From Trichinella spiralis (lineage: Eukaryota), in contig NW_003526941.1 in the NCBI RefSeq assembly GCF_000181795.1, positions 5,495,053 through 5,559,052 on the forward strand: a stretch of 64,000 nt of DNA, in the 5' to 3' direction. A program made the translations under genes and the position numbers. How positions within the stretch are numbered: the stretch's first letter is position 1; every line of letters begins with the position of its first letter. This document shows positions 49,648 through 62,962 of the stretch, one piece after another. Below the pieces are notes generated by a model. The model worked only from the letters and a program-made list of their open reading frames with translations. It did no database searches and was not told where the DNA came from.

Positions 49648-51594
49648 ATGAACGTTAACGATGAGAAGATGACGAATTTAGCAGTAAGTGGCAGTTTTAT
49701 CATTTTTAAGTTTTAGTTAGCTAACAATATAATTGAGAATCGATATTGAGCATAATTTCTCAACATATTGTATGAAGAATTCTCAAAATCAGATAATAGG
49801 TGACATAATAAACGCCAAATTTCCGTACAATTAAAATTCATTAAATACACCTTGTGCGCATTGTTTATCTATTATTAAAAAATAGTCTTTCGAAAATCAC
49901 CTTTGCAGTAGCTAACATGCATGCACTATCAATTGACCCTAAGCAAGCTCTTGCCCGCAAATTTTTCACTTAAAATTAGCTTCATTTGAGCTACTTGGTT
50001 TTCTGACTTTAGAAAATTTTTCAGACATACGTAGTGTGTTTTNNNNNNNNNNTAAACAAGCATTATTAAATAACCATGATATTATTTTTAAAATAAATCA
50101 AAAGTAATACTACCGTCATAAGTTATACATCATACGGTTGCCAAAAAAGAAAAAATCATAATTTAAAAAAACTGTAAATTAAAAAAATAATCTAATATTC
50201 ACATTTATTATATATGTTACGTTTTTGCGTAGCTAGATTTGCACTATATATTATTTATTGTTTCCATAATGAATGTATTCAATCGACAATATAAAACTGC
50301 TAAAGCATTAAAAGGAATACTGTAGTTTTTAATTTAACTTTTTACAGTAAATAAAACTTCTGTTAATTATCCAGTGATAATCTACTCGTTTCAAATTTAA
50401 TTTATAATATCATATAATATATATGTGTGTAAAAATTTCAAAAGAAAGGACAGAAAATGTCATATACAATATATTAATAATACTTGAAAATAAATACTGT
50501 AGTTAGTATAAATCTATTTTTATGTGCAAGTGTGCCATTGAAATTTATTTTTTATATGTAGTTGAATATTAATTTCAAACTTCTTTCTATTTTATAAAAC
50601 ATTTATTTTTTATTTTCAATTTTTCCTTTGTTAGATGGGATGCAACGTACTTAACAATAAGATTAATCCTTTTGACTCATTATATTAATGTTACATTTTA
50701 TTGTGTATTTTATACTTTTATTTTCTTGAAAACGTTTGTACATGTGAACAAGTTTTCACTTGTAGAAAAGCTTCCTATTCCAGGAGGCTATGAATGACTG
50801 CAGTCATTCGAAGCCTACCGTTACGCTTTGGGTGCGTGCCGGTGTGGATGGCGTCCGTTGTGGTGGCTGTCCTGTATGTCAGCAGCTTTTCATGATTCTT
50901 TTGTGCAAAAGCGATGCGGGCGTATTGAACTTTGAAGTGAAAACCACGAATCCATATCGACCCAATTTTGCATTTTCCTGCGCCGGTTTGAGACACGTTC
51001 CCGCACTGGTTCACGACGATCAACAATTTGATGAAACCGATGAAATTATCGAATATTTGGACAACACTTTTCCTCAACCAGATTTAACGTGCAATAATGT
51101 AGAAGCACTAAATACAGTGAGAGATTTGTTTTCAAAGTTTTGCTTTTTCATCAAAGCTGTTGATAAGGGTCCAGCAAATTTGGAATCCGCGTTGGCTAAA
51201 TTGAATGCATTTCTATTAAAAGTACAGTTTACTTTTTTTAAACAATATTTATGTTTTATTGTTCTTTATTATTTAGACAAAAACTAAATTTTTATGTGGC
51301 GATCAATTGACTCACCTTGATTGTTCTATACTTCCGAAACTGCACCACATTCGACTCGTCGTGGAACGCTTTACGAATTTTCAAATACCGCGTACATTTT
51401 CTGGCGTGTGGAAGTATCTGAAAACGGGATACGAATGCGACGTATTTACTAGATCTTGTCCATGCGATGAAGAAATTTTACTTCATTGGTCTGATAGACC
51501 GGATACTCCAAATTCATCTTCAGTTGAGGTGAAAAAATATTCTAGCCAATGTAATTTCACTTTTGATGTTCCTCCGAATTGTGTCGACCTTTGA
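49648..51594 (+). CDS. Chloride intracellular channel (CLIC, exl-1/exc-4 family; GST fold). Putative first exon 49648-49683, main exons about 50784-51221 and 51277-51594
   Basis: TLWVRAGVDGVRCGGCPVCQQLFM, FEVKTTN, IIEYLD, DLFSKFCFFIK, FLCGDQLTHLDCSILPKLHHIR, FTRSCPCDEEILLHW. The first exon is less certain because it lies across a 10-N gap. Confidence 0.92.
50043..50052. other. Assembly gap (10 N)
   Basis: Run of N. Confidence 1.
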
Positions 51595-51912
51595 TAATGG
51601 ACATGAATTTTAAACCAAGAACTAGTCAAACATTATTAAGCGTAGTGATCTCGAATTCTTGTTGTTTTTGTTTTCTATTCTGTTTAGCTAGTCAGCTTCT
51701 ACTAATGTTTCCTATTTTTTGAATTCATTGTCTAGTCATGTCTGATGTGCCATCCATCATCTTTTTTTTATAGTTTGTGTCCAAAGATGAAAAAATGTTG
51801 ATTTTGATTTCAGATTTGTTGTTCTTTTTGCATATTTCTCGTTTTGATCGAACATATTTGAACGATAATTTTTGAAACGATAAAAGATTTTCTAGAAATT
51901 AAGCATTTACAG

Positions 51913-52496
51913 ATGGAAACTCCGAACTCTGATGGTAAACTTGTTTTGCCTGTACCTGAGAAAAGTGAAAGTACTCAAGCGAAAGTTTCAACCATGGAAT
52001 TTCTCAATGATCTGGAAGAATTGACACCACTGGTATTTTCGCTTTTAATTTTCAAGTGCTGACTTTTTTCTCGAATTTAGATTCCAGAAGCGCTAGTTGA
52101 ATATTATATGAATCAAGCCGGCATGCAAGACTCGGATCCGTTTGTGTACGTGTAGCGTAGTGTCGCGTTTCTTTTCATTTTGGCGTGTTCAGAATTGTAA
52201 TGCATTGTTTGTTGGTTTTAGCAAACGTGCTATAGCGTTAGCAGCTCAGAAATTCATTTCTGACATTTTGTTGGATTCCATGCAAAAAGCAAAGTTCAAA
52301 GGATTGGCACAAGTGAGCAAGAAAGGTAGTTCAAAGGTACGCAATTGACACTTGACAACTTGCGTTTGTTAAATATATGTTTCAAGGTTTGTGTTTGCTT
52401 TTTCAGGAATTGCGCTACACGTTGACTTCGGAAGTACTGGAGCCTGTATTGGAAGAATTCGGCATTGAAGGTCGTAAATCCGTATTCAATTTATGA
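51913..52496 (+). CDS. TAF10: Transcription initiation factor TFIID subunit 10, 4 exons
   Basis: EFLNDLEELTPLIPEALVEYYMNQAG..SDP..KRAIALAAQKFISDI..YTLTSEVLEPVLEEFGI, the TAF10 histone-fold signature. Confidence 0.93.
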
Positions 52497-52888
52497 ACCA
52501 ACGAAGAAAAACGCTGTGCCCCATGGATATTTCGCCAGTGTCGACCAATAATAATTGCATAAATAAAGCTTAAAACTGAATTTTGAAGCATAGTAGTTTA
52601 TTCAATAAATGACATTGGGGCTGATCAGATTTTTTGATTCTGGTTCCATTAAGTATATTCAAGTATGTACGTACTGTAAAAACAGATAAAAAATACCTAT
52701 ACGGTATGGATGAAAATAGGTGTGCATCGATTCCGCAACTTCTTTTTGCAGCTAATTGCTATAAAAATAATAAAGTAACATAATATTTTTGAATAAATAT
52801 TTTTTCATAACAGCAAGAAACAAATATTATTAAAATAACTTTTAAGAAAAAGTAAAAGTAACAACATATACCTTTTTATTAGCAAGGT

Positions 52889-55800
52889 GGACAAAATGAC
52901 TGGCAGTAAAAGCAGTTGAAGAGGAAAGGAAATTAAAAATTATTATTGGACGGTGATTTATAAAATTATAAATAATTAGCGTTGAAGTTTCTTGATTTTA
53001 TATAGTTTTTGGATGACAACAAGGGGACGGATATCATCATATCAAGCGGCGTCTACAGGTGATGATGAATCAATTGTCAAACCGTTGATCATGTTCGAGA
53101 TGTTTGACTCAGGTCGATTTTGAACAGTGGATACTGGTAGATCTTCCGAATCTTCTGGATAAGCATTTTTACTTCGAAGCAAATCTTCAAGACCTCGCAG
53201 ATGACCTTTGACCAGCATCAGTCGATTATTCAAACGATGATAATCAGTCAACGAATCGTAATGTATACAGTCGTGAACGACAACGCGACTTAAAGTTTTG
53301 CTCGTTGCCAAACGTTCTACAGTTGTTGTGGCCACATTCTCCAAATTCAACTCGCGAAGGTATAGAATTTGCAAATTTTTAAATATATCCAATATGAATG
53401 TGTAAAAGTCGTTGGTTAAAAATGGCGATCTGACCGGTGAACTAACCAAACACAGCCTGTGAACGCTATTTGCGATTCGTTTGAACAAACCTAGAAAAGA
53501 TTAGTTAAGAGAAAAAAAATATTAATAATTACAATATTATAAAAGTTCAAAAAGTTTATTCATCTGCTTACTGATCAGTTGCTTCTCGTGTCGTTCATAC
53601 GCATGACACGAACATAAATAAACATAGACGATGGATTTATCCCAAAAAATCGGACCATCGTAAGAGACTCGAACGGTCATTCTGTCGTGACCACTCAAAT
53701 GACCCTCACGAAATATTACGTACAACCAAACGGAACGATCATCATGAGCCGCAGTGTCTAGAACGATTTCACGCCAACGTTTGCTAACCCGTTCCGCTTT
53801 GGTCCTCTGCTTTAAATCGACATAACGAAAAACTCTTCGGCAAACATCGGCAGGAAGTTTTTCAGTAAAATCCATAGCCACTGGTAAAGTTGGTTCTTCT
53901 TCCTGAAATATATGGGTGGTTTTGAAAATAAACAAATAATTCTATTCATCAATTATTAATAATTTCGTTCTTTTCACAATGGAAATGAAAAATCCTTCTT
54001 CGTCCTGAAAATCTTAACCTCTCCTCTTCCTTCATACCCCTTCCCCACCAACACAACTGTCGCCCTCTTCAAAAGACTGAATCTTTGTTTAAATTTTTCA
54101 ATGCCAATATACAATACCCAACGGAAAAAAAAGTATGAAAATATCCTTCTGAATAAATATTAAAAAAAAATAAAATAAGACAAAATGAAAATACAACGCG
54201 CGCAATTGGACAAGTATCGACACAAGTATTTCTGAAAAGTTTAAACAAATCGCATGGGGATTGAGTTGGGACATGCTCGCAAACAGAGAAANAGTTCGAT
54301 TCAGTAACAGCCGATCAAGTAAAGAAGAGCAACAAAAGCNTCCAGCTAGCCAGCAGCTAGGCCGGCNTCAACCAACAAATGAAGCAGCATTTCAAACTGG
54401 CAAAGCAAAATGGATATTTTTTCCATAGAAAATTTGGTTGACATAACTGTTTCGGGGTTTTATTTCGTCAAATGAACAATTTTCTATCTGGTCTATAAAA
54501 AATTTTCATTCCCAACAAGAAAGCGCCGCCAACATCTTCTCCTACTACTACTACTACTACTACTACTATTACTACTATGCATTTATTGACTAACTCGAAC
54601 TCAATTTACAATAGCTGATATTTAAAAAAAAAATTTGGACAATTCTTCCGGGAAGAAACCTAACTGAACAATAACCGATAAAGATAAACTTATTCGAATA
54701 TGATTAATTTTTAAAAAAATTCAAAGAGAATTAAATTTTCATTTAAGGCATCCAATACTTTCAGTTGGTGTTTCTCAGAATGCAATGCAAAATTGCGCCT
54801 GGCGAAAAAATTACACGGTCCAATCGTGCTAGAAATCATGCCGTAGATGATTTTTTCCTCATCAACAAGCATGTGCAAAAAAAAATTTTTAATTCTTTTC
54901 TCAAGCCTCAGCATAAATGAAATGCTTGCATTTATTTATCCATTTTTCTATTTATTTATACTTATTCGCCAATTCTGATGAGATAATTATGTATAATTTC
55001 CTGCACAGGCACCGGCTTTAATTGCATCAATTGCACAGAATAGAGAAAATTGCCTCTTGCCACACGGCATCCATTTGCTTAAAAGATGGCGCTTTTATTG
55101 TTCACCACTTCTCTTCAAATTTTAATTATGCAATTTGTAAAACAAAATTAAAAATAAAAACAACAAATTACCTGTACACACAAATAGATGCAAATTGTAA
55201 TAGCTTGAAGAATGGAAATGTTCTTTGACAAACTTAAAAGTATTTTTTTATGTTTCATTGAAAAATATAAAAGAAAATGAAAAATTTATCATTTCAAATT
55301 AACTTGAATATTGATAAAAATCATTCATGAAAAATATCAAACTGATCATATCATTCTAATTCAATCAATCTTTTTTTCTTAAAATAATTATTTATAAAAA
55401 CTCACTCAACCTATGACGAAAATAACCAACCAACCTGCTCAAAAGCGTATGCATTATATATTTATTACATAGTTGCTGTTTGTTGCAACTTGTTAAAATT
55501 AAAAAATAAAATAAAATTATTTTTCAAAACACACCCAATTTCTACTTATTATTGTTAGTTTTTTTCAAAAATGCTCATTTGAAAATGGTAATAATAAGAA
55601 GACATATTATTTAAAAAGCTAACAAACAAACTGTTTCCGATCAATTTTTTTGTCCGTCATCATTCATACATTCATTCATTTTGTCAGGCTGTCGCAGATT
55701 CCATTTTGCAGCACAGAAATCGTAACTCAAAAAAAAAGCATTCGTACAGACAAAGAGAGAGAACAGTTTGAAATATCGTTCAATTTCATAAATTTCATAA

Positions 55801-57419
55801 ATGTTAATTATTATATTCAATTGACAACAGTTGAGCAACTTTCAAATTCAAAAAACTCAACACAACTGAATTTTGCATAAAATTTTCAAGAATTGAAAAA
55901 AGAAGAAGGAAGTAAAAAATCAAAAAATCAGAAAATTTTCGTCATTTCTAGACATTTTTTGTTAAGCAGATTTCAAAAATTTAAATAACTTCATCAAATA
56001 TAATTCAACTGCCTTTCAAATAATATTAATATAAAAAAAAAGAATGCCACTTTCGTCATCATTCATCGTTATTCTTTTATAAAGAGCATTCATCGATTTT
56101 TGCACCTAAACCACCATAATGAACTTTGGACCTGAATATCGGAATTGAATTTCACCAATTCAATTTATGAATGCATAAATCGATTGAAAAAAATAGAGGA
56201 AAATTTAAAAAAAATAAATACAATTATGCCTAAAGATTCATACAATATTTCGCGTTGACTACGTCAAAACAATTTCAAGCTAAAAAGCTAACGTGAAATC
56301 AAAAGTCAAAAAAATATTGACGAAATATACGCACATGTCAAAAATATATTTAAAAAATGCACTGATGCAAAAGACAATATTAGCTGCATTTTTGAGGATG
56401 TCTTGTACGAAGATACACACCCAAACATATATAAACAAACAGCCCTACTCCAATATATACGACAAGTGTAAAAGTAGGATGTGAAAGCATTGCAATTAAA
56501 ATTGTTCAGAAAAAGAAAACAAATTTCTCAATGATAATATAATTTATGGATGAAAAAAAATGACAACCTATGACAAATATGGATATTAACGTTCTCAAGA
56601 ATTATTATGATTATTAATACTCTCTATCTTCTTGTTCTATTGAAGTGATTCATCAAATTCGAATAGAACGGCAAAAACACTAACAACTGCAACATGATGA
56701 CGTAGCAGTGACCTCACTTAATAACGTCACTACAGCCAAGCTTCAGCTATAAAGTGGTTCTCTGTTACATCAACCCACTTGGGAAATTATGAGATTTGTA
56801 AAATAAGAAACAAAAAACAAAACAAAACCTATTATTACGGACATAAATAAAAACTGAAAGTATGATTCATATTTGCAAAAATTAACTTCCCATTTTTTCA
56901 AATCAAAATACACAAACAAAACTGTTGAACAGTAAAAATTATATATTTGCAAATGTGAAAAGTTCAAAGTGAACAGAGTAAAATTTTCATTACAGTAAGC
57001 TGATCATGAGCGTCACTTTTAAAGTTATATTAACGTTTGCGCCTGTTGCAAATTCAAATTCGACTGTTTTGCATGTAGAATTTCAAAGATGAACTCTACA
57101 ATTGTTTCCAAGCAATCAATACAAGTTCCATGCATTACAAACATTACCAATTTTTCAAAATGGAAAACAAAGTATTTAAAATGAACCAACAATTCATTAA
57201 TATTATATTGCAATAAAATAATTGAACAAATAAAAATTGCTTACCTGGATAACAATTCGAGGTGGTCGAAGTGTACTGAATTTTCTTTTGAACCAACCCA
57301 TGTTGTTGTTGATGATGATGATGATGATGAATAAGCAAAATGCAGAATGATGAATTTTATGTGTAAGCAGATGTGTTGAATAAAAATATGGAAATGTACA
57401 AGTTGTAGAGAAAAAAGTG
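52889..57419 (+). repeat. Copy 2 of the ~4.5 kb duplication, ending at an N gap
   Basis: Matches 1-4468. Segment about 54000-54780 carries dense 1-bp indels and isolated n bases typical of low-quality read ends. Confidence 0.97.
53042..57301 (-). CDS. F-box domain protein, copy 2 (main coding exons encode the same protein as copy 1; proximal first exon garbled in the low-quality zone; distal first exon 57301-57245 intact)
   Basis: ORFs 53042-53488 and 53537-53935 match 154-600 and 649-1047 apart from one difference in intron-derived residues. Confidence 0.75.
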
Positions 57420-57690
57420 NNNNNNNNNNNNNNNNNNNNNNNNNNNNNNNNNNNNNNNNNNNNNNNNNNNNNNNNNNNNNNNNNNNNNNNNNNNNNNNNN
57501 NNNNNNNNNNNNNNNNNNNNNNNNNNNNNNNNNNNNNNNNNNNNNNNNNNNNNNNNNNNNNNNNNNNNNNNNNNNNNNNNNNNNNNNNNNNNNNNNNNNN
57601 NNNNNNNNNNNNNNNNNNNNNNNNNNNNNNNNNNNNNNNNNNNNNNNNNNNNNNNNNNNNNNNNNNNNNNNNNNNNNNNNNNNNNNNNNN
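57420..57690. other. Assembly gap (271 N)
   Basis: Run of N. Confidence 1.
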
Positions 57691-58200
57691 AAAGGATAAA
57701 AAAAGTAGATCCTCAAACCGTAATTATACTGAATAATGTTTCTACTGTGCTTCAAACGTTCTTTGTTGTATTCCAATTTATTTGCATAATTCTTACGTCA
57801 TTTGTACGTTTGATGCTGAATTCAAATTTCAGTGTGAAATAGTTAGTATCCTTATAAGTGGATAATTCTTTGGTAGATACTGTATTTTTTATTTTGTAAC
57901 TTTTGCATTGATAATGTCAGTCAATTTTGTAGCTTTTTATAGTGTAATTATGTTTCAGTCTACTGTGCAGTTTGCAGAATGTAAAATAAGTATGCAAATT
58001 AATATGCCGTGAAGAATTTTTATTTTGATAATTTGTTAAAAGTAAAGTTTAATAATGGTTTTTTGAAAGACGAATAGTGTTCGATGTTTTGAAGTTTTTC
58101 AAATAACTGTTGATAGATTTTGAAAAGCTACATTAGTTGTAATTCTAATTTTTGTCGTTTAGTTGCCTGTTGCGAGTAGATAGTTTTCATCAACGAAATT

Positions 58201-59670
58201 ATGGCTGACGAAGAAATGGAATATATGGACGAGCAGTACGATTTTGAGTATTCGGATGATAGTTACAACGAACACGACTTTGATCTAGAAAATCAATATT
58301 ACAACAGCAAAGCGATGAAATCTTCCGATCCGAAAGCTGCCTTCGAAAGTTTTGAAAAAGTTTTAGAAATGGAACGTGAAAAAGGTGAATGGGGTTTCAA
58401 GAGCTTGAAGCAGATGGTGAAAATTTCATATTCCATGGGGATGTGGGAACAGATGATGGATTGTTACATGAAATTGTTAACGTACATCAGAGGGGCAGTT
58501 TCTCGGAACTATTCGGAAAAATCAATAACCAACTTGTTGGAGTTTATGTCCAGTTCGAGCAAGAAGGATTTGTTGGAAAAAGTGTACGAAGCAACATTGA
58601 ACGCATTGAAAGAGTTGCGCAACGAACGTCTCTGGTTCAAGACGAATATCCGATTGGCGAAATTGTTTTTGGACAGAAAAGATTTTGAACGCACCTCTGA
58701 AGTGATTAAAGAACTTCGCACGTCTTGTAAAACGGAAGATGACAATTTGGATGAAAACAAAAAGGGAACGCAGCTTCTGGAAATTTACGCCCTTGAAATT
58801 CAAATGTACACCGAACAGAAGAACAACGCTCAGCTGAAAGTATGAATTAATACAAAATTATTGCTGTTTTCATGCTATTCGTCGTTCAATTCTATCTTAT
58901 TTTAAGGAACTGTATGAACAATCTTTGCGTATTAAATCCGGCATTCCACATCCATTAACAATGGGTATAATTCGTGAATGCGGTGGAAAAATGCATTTAC
59001 GCGAAGGGGAGTTTCAGTTGGCTCATCAAGATTTTTTTGAAGCTTTCAAAAGCTATGATGAGTCTGGAAATGCTAGGCGCATTCGTTGTTTGAAATACGT
59101 TGTCCTAGCCAACATGCTTGTGCAATCGAACATTAATCCATTCGACTCACAAGAGACCAAAGCTTATCAAAATGATCCAGAAATTTTGGCAATGACCAAA
59201 TTAGTCAGGTAAAGTGCAATGCAGAAATATTGAATTAATCTCTTTGAAGCATCATTTTATTTATGTTCTTGTTTATTTCTAGAGCTTATCAAGATCAAGA
59301 TGTTGTTGAATTCCAGAAGATCATAGAAGAAGATCATGCGTACATTATGACTGACGAATTTATTTGCGAACGTCTTCAAGATTTATTGCGTAACGTTCGC
59401 ACCAAAGTGCTTATTCAAACAATAAAACCGTACACTCAAATTCGACTCAAGCAAGTGGCCCAAACTCTGCGCATGGAGGAAGCGGATGTCGTCGAACTAC
59501 TTGCCAAGTGCATTTTAGATAAAGAATTTCAAGGAAAATTAGACTGCAAAAATGGACTGCTTATTATTGAGAAAGAAAACACCGCCGATTCCGCCTATTG
59601 TCGAGCGATGGATTCACTGTTGCACAGTCTGTCGAAAATTTCCGCAAAAGCAATGGAACAACTGATATGA
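58201..59670 (+). CDS. COPS2: COP9 signalosome subunit 2, 3 exons
   Basis: [109 protein letters not shown], and a C-terminal PCI domain. Confidence 0.97.
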
Positions 59671-60096
59671 ACAAATTACCACGCCAAGATTTTATTATTT
59701 TAATGGTCTGTTAGTCGGCTAGTAGATTTATTTGAAAAATAAACAAATAGTGATTGCATTTTTGTTTGTATATGGGAAAATTTTTATCATTTCTTATCTT
59801 TGCAAATGCAGTTTTTCTGCCTTTCAGGTTTTCGGCATGTTTGCTTTTTAATTGATAAAAAATACATGATTCATGCGCATAAAGTATTCTTCAGTATTTA
59901 AAATGTATCGTTAACTTACCTTAACGATACGGTAACTGCATCATCAATTTTTCAGTGTTATTCTAATGATAATCAAGGTTTCATAGTTTTTACAGTACGC
60001 CATTATACGATATCTTCTGTTTATTCAAGCACTCCCTAGCCGCGCCTGTTTATTGCCTTTGTTTGAATTTAGTTCAACTGCTCTGCTTGGACCGCA

Positions 60097-61379
60097 ATGT
60101 CTTTCGCTCTCTTTGACTTTTTGAACGCTTACAAAGATCGTGTAAGTTTCTACTTTGCAGCTAATCAGCTTAAATTATTTTCATTATTTATCAATCTTGT
60201 TGCGTAATCGGAAAGCACACGTAATCTTTGTTTATTTTTCGACTTGTATATCAGAATACATGTTGAAATGTGTCAAGTGTTTTACTCTGAGAAATACTTT
60301 TAAATAATTTAAATGCTATCAGTTTACTGTACGACAGAATTTAGGTGCATTTAGAAGAAATTATTCAAAAGAATAACACTGGTTATTTTTATCAAATTGA
60401 AAATTGATGATAATCATGGGTGTGAATAATTGCAGACATTTCGTCCAAAGAAACGTTTTGTTCCCGGCTCTGTGCGTTATAAATTGCACAAATATGCCCA
60501 GGCGAGCTTGCATTCAGGGTTGGACTTCCGAGATGCAGTTCAGCTGCCTCCAAATGAAGATGTGAACGATTGGATTGCTGTTCACGGTCAGCAGCTAAAC
60601 TTTTTTCTCATTTTGCAAACGTTTGTTACAGTTTCTCTGTTTTGTAGTTGTTGACTTTTTCAATCGAATTAACCTCCTTTATGGTACAATTAGTGAATAC
60701 TGCAATGAAAAGACGTGCCCTTTCATGAGCGGAGGACAAAAGTTTCAGAATGCTTTTTATTTAAAAATAAGCGTGTTTTATTGTTCGATTGCTTTTCAGA
60801 TATGAATATCTGTGGCAGGATGATGATCAGTATAAAAAACCAACTCGTCTTCCGGCTCCAGTTTACATAAGTCTTTTGATGGATTGGATAGAAGACAAAA
60901 TTAATGACCAGAACAGTTTTCCCGTTGATCCGAGTAGGCATGACGACCAAACTGTTTTATGAATATTTTACCAAATTTGCATTGTGCTTACATTTTAGGC
61001 GTCCCGTTTCCTAGTAATTTTCGAAAATTATGCAGCAAAATATTGACACGGTTGTTTCGTGTTTTTGTCCACGTTTACATTCATCACTTTGAACGGTTGA
61101 TTCAAATTGGAGGCGTAAGAATTGTTTTTTATCTTTATTTTTGTACTTTTATTAAATTATTTTTTTAATTAAGGAGGCGCATGTGAATACCTGTTACAAG
61201 CATTTCTATTATTTTGTCACTGAATACAGACTGGTAAGCCAGAAAGAATTAGACGCACTGGTAAGTGGAGTGTAATTTTTTCTTTTTATTTACTTGACAT
61301 TTTTATACAGCATTCTATTTTTTTTCTACAGAAAGATTTAACTCGAAAATTAATTCCTTTAAAATCTGGTAAAGATTGA
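60097..61379 (+). CDS. MOB3: MOB kinase activator 3, 7 exons
   Basis: [113 protein letters not shown]3-type N-terminus. Confidence 0.95.
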
Positions 61380-62962
61380 TGACAAATGCAGTAATGGAAG
61401 CAAAGTAAACCCGGATGTTCTTCGTCTAGTCAATGATTTTCCTGTTGTCTGTTTTTGTTACGGTGTGATTTCATTGTGCTGTTGTTAAAATTATCTGTTT
61501 TCATTGGTTTCATTTTAAACTTGTTCATTCTCGATCTATTTATTTTCAGAAATAAATTGTCTTTTTTTATTTAGTTGTTGGGCAAAATAATTATAATTAC
61601 TTTTGAAATCCTTATGTTTTTTTTATCACTTAACTTGAATTAATTGCACGAATGTAGAAAATAAATATTCGTTGATGAATAGCGAAAGAATTTGCAAATT
61701 TTATCTCTATTTACATTGACATATAGGCCGTTGGTCGATTCGATCTGTTGTTCAGTGTGTTTGTTGATTGATCATCAGTGTACTTTTCAGCGTTGTATTT
61801 AAATGCAACTCACGACGGGTTTACTTTCCCATAAAAGTTAACAGCATGTAAACAGTTTGCTGTGTACAAGCATGGAACAACAGCCATTTGTAAGTAAAGT
61901 CTTTCAAAGATACCGTTCCATTGTCAATGCCAAATGCAGGTTAATATTATTGACAAAGGTATGTTTTATCGGTTGTGTTGTTGTTGTTTGTTAACTAAGA
62001 GAAGCTTGATCAGTGTTGATTTGTTGGTATCATTTTTGACAGACTGATTGATGAAAGAATGATGCTTCAAGTGGTCTGTTTGGTCTAATGAGTATTTAAT
62101 GTGGAATTCAGTTTCTTTTTGAAAAATTTTCGATTTTCACATTTCAACCTGATTTCAACAGCTTCACCAAGGCGCTGTGCTATTATTAGTATTATTATTA
62201 TTGGCATTTTTGATATTGAATAGGCTAGTTTGAGATGGTTTTCCTGTTTTCTTTTGCTAATTTGATGATGAATCTTCAACGTCATGAAAAGCGCGTTCAG
62301 CGTGACGAAAAGGCAAAATTTCAAATGTCTCTTCCATCATGCTTGATTTGTTTGCGAAATTTCACAAGTGACAAGACGTGATTGAAACTTTCATTTTCAC
62401 TTCTTCAAAATTGAACTGACACGCGGAATAATAATAATAATTCCACGGGCGAGAAGGGAAAATAAATTAACATTTGTTCACAAAAGAATTTGAAGCGTTT
62501 TTTCAAGTTTCCATTGGTAAAAACCATCGACTGGCGTGCAACTGGAACACTTCAAAGCACATACTGATTCGTATATGTTTATTTCTTTTTTTTCCTTAGG
62601 TTTGGAATTTATCAATTTTGAACCATTTTATTCAATTTTATAGTAGTTTGTTCGAATGAACAGTTCCCAAATTTATACAACAGCCATTGATTGTTATCAT
62701 GGCGATGATTGAAATTTTTGCCAACTTTCGCCTACTAGTTTGTTCTGAACTGAACTGAATATCCATCTGATAAATATCGTTTAACATGTTAAAGGCAATT
62801 AAGTATAAACAACATTCACAAAAATATTTTTCCAGAACATAAAAATGGAAAGCAGTATATAATTTTAAAACAAGTAGGTTCAAATTTTTGTAACCTAAAA
62901 TTTGTATACTGTAAAAGCGGGAGAAAGCTAGCTGTCCATCTAGTAGGGCAGTTTGGAATGGG

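Noticed and set aside
57357..57842. ORFs containing long X runs
   Set aside because: Artefacts of translating through the N gap.
57847..57854. GTATCCTT U12-type 5' splice consensus upstream of CSN2 (similar words near 19778, 23342 and minus-strand 8891)
   Set aside because: No matching TCCTTAAC branch point or exon context; expected by chance in 64 kb.
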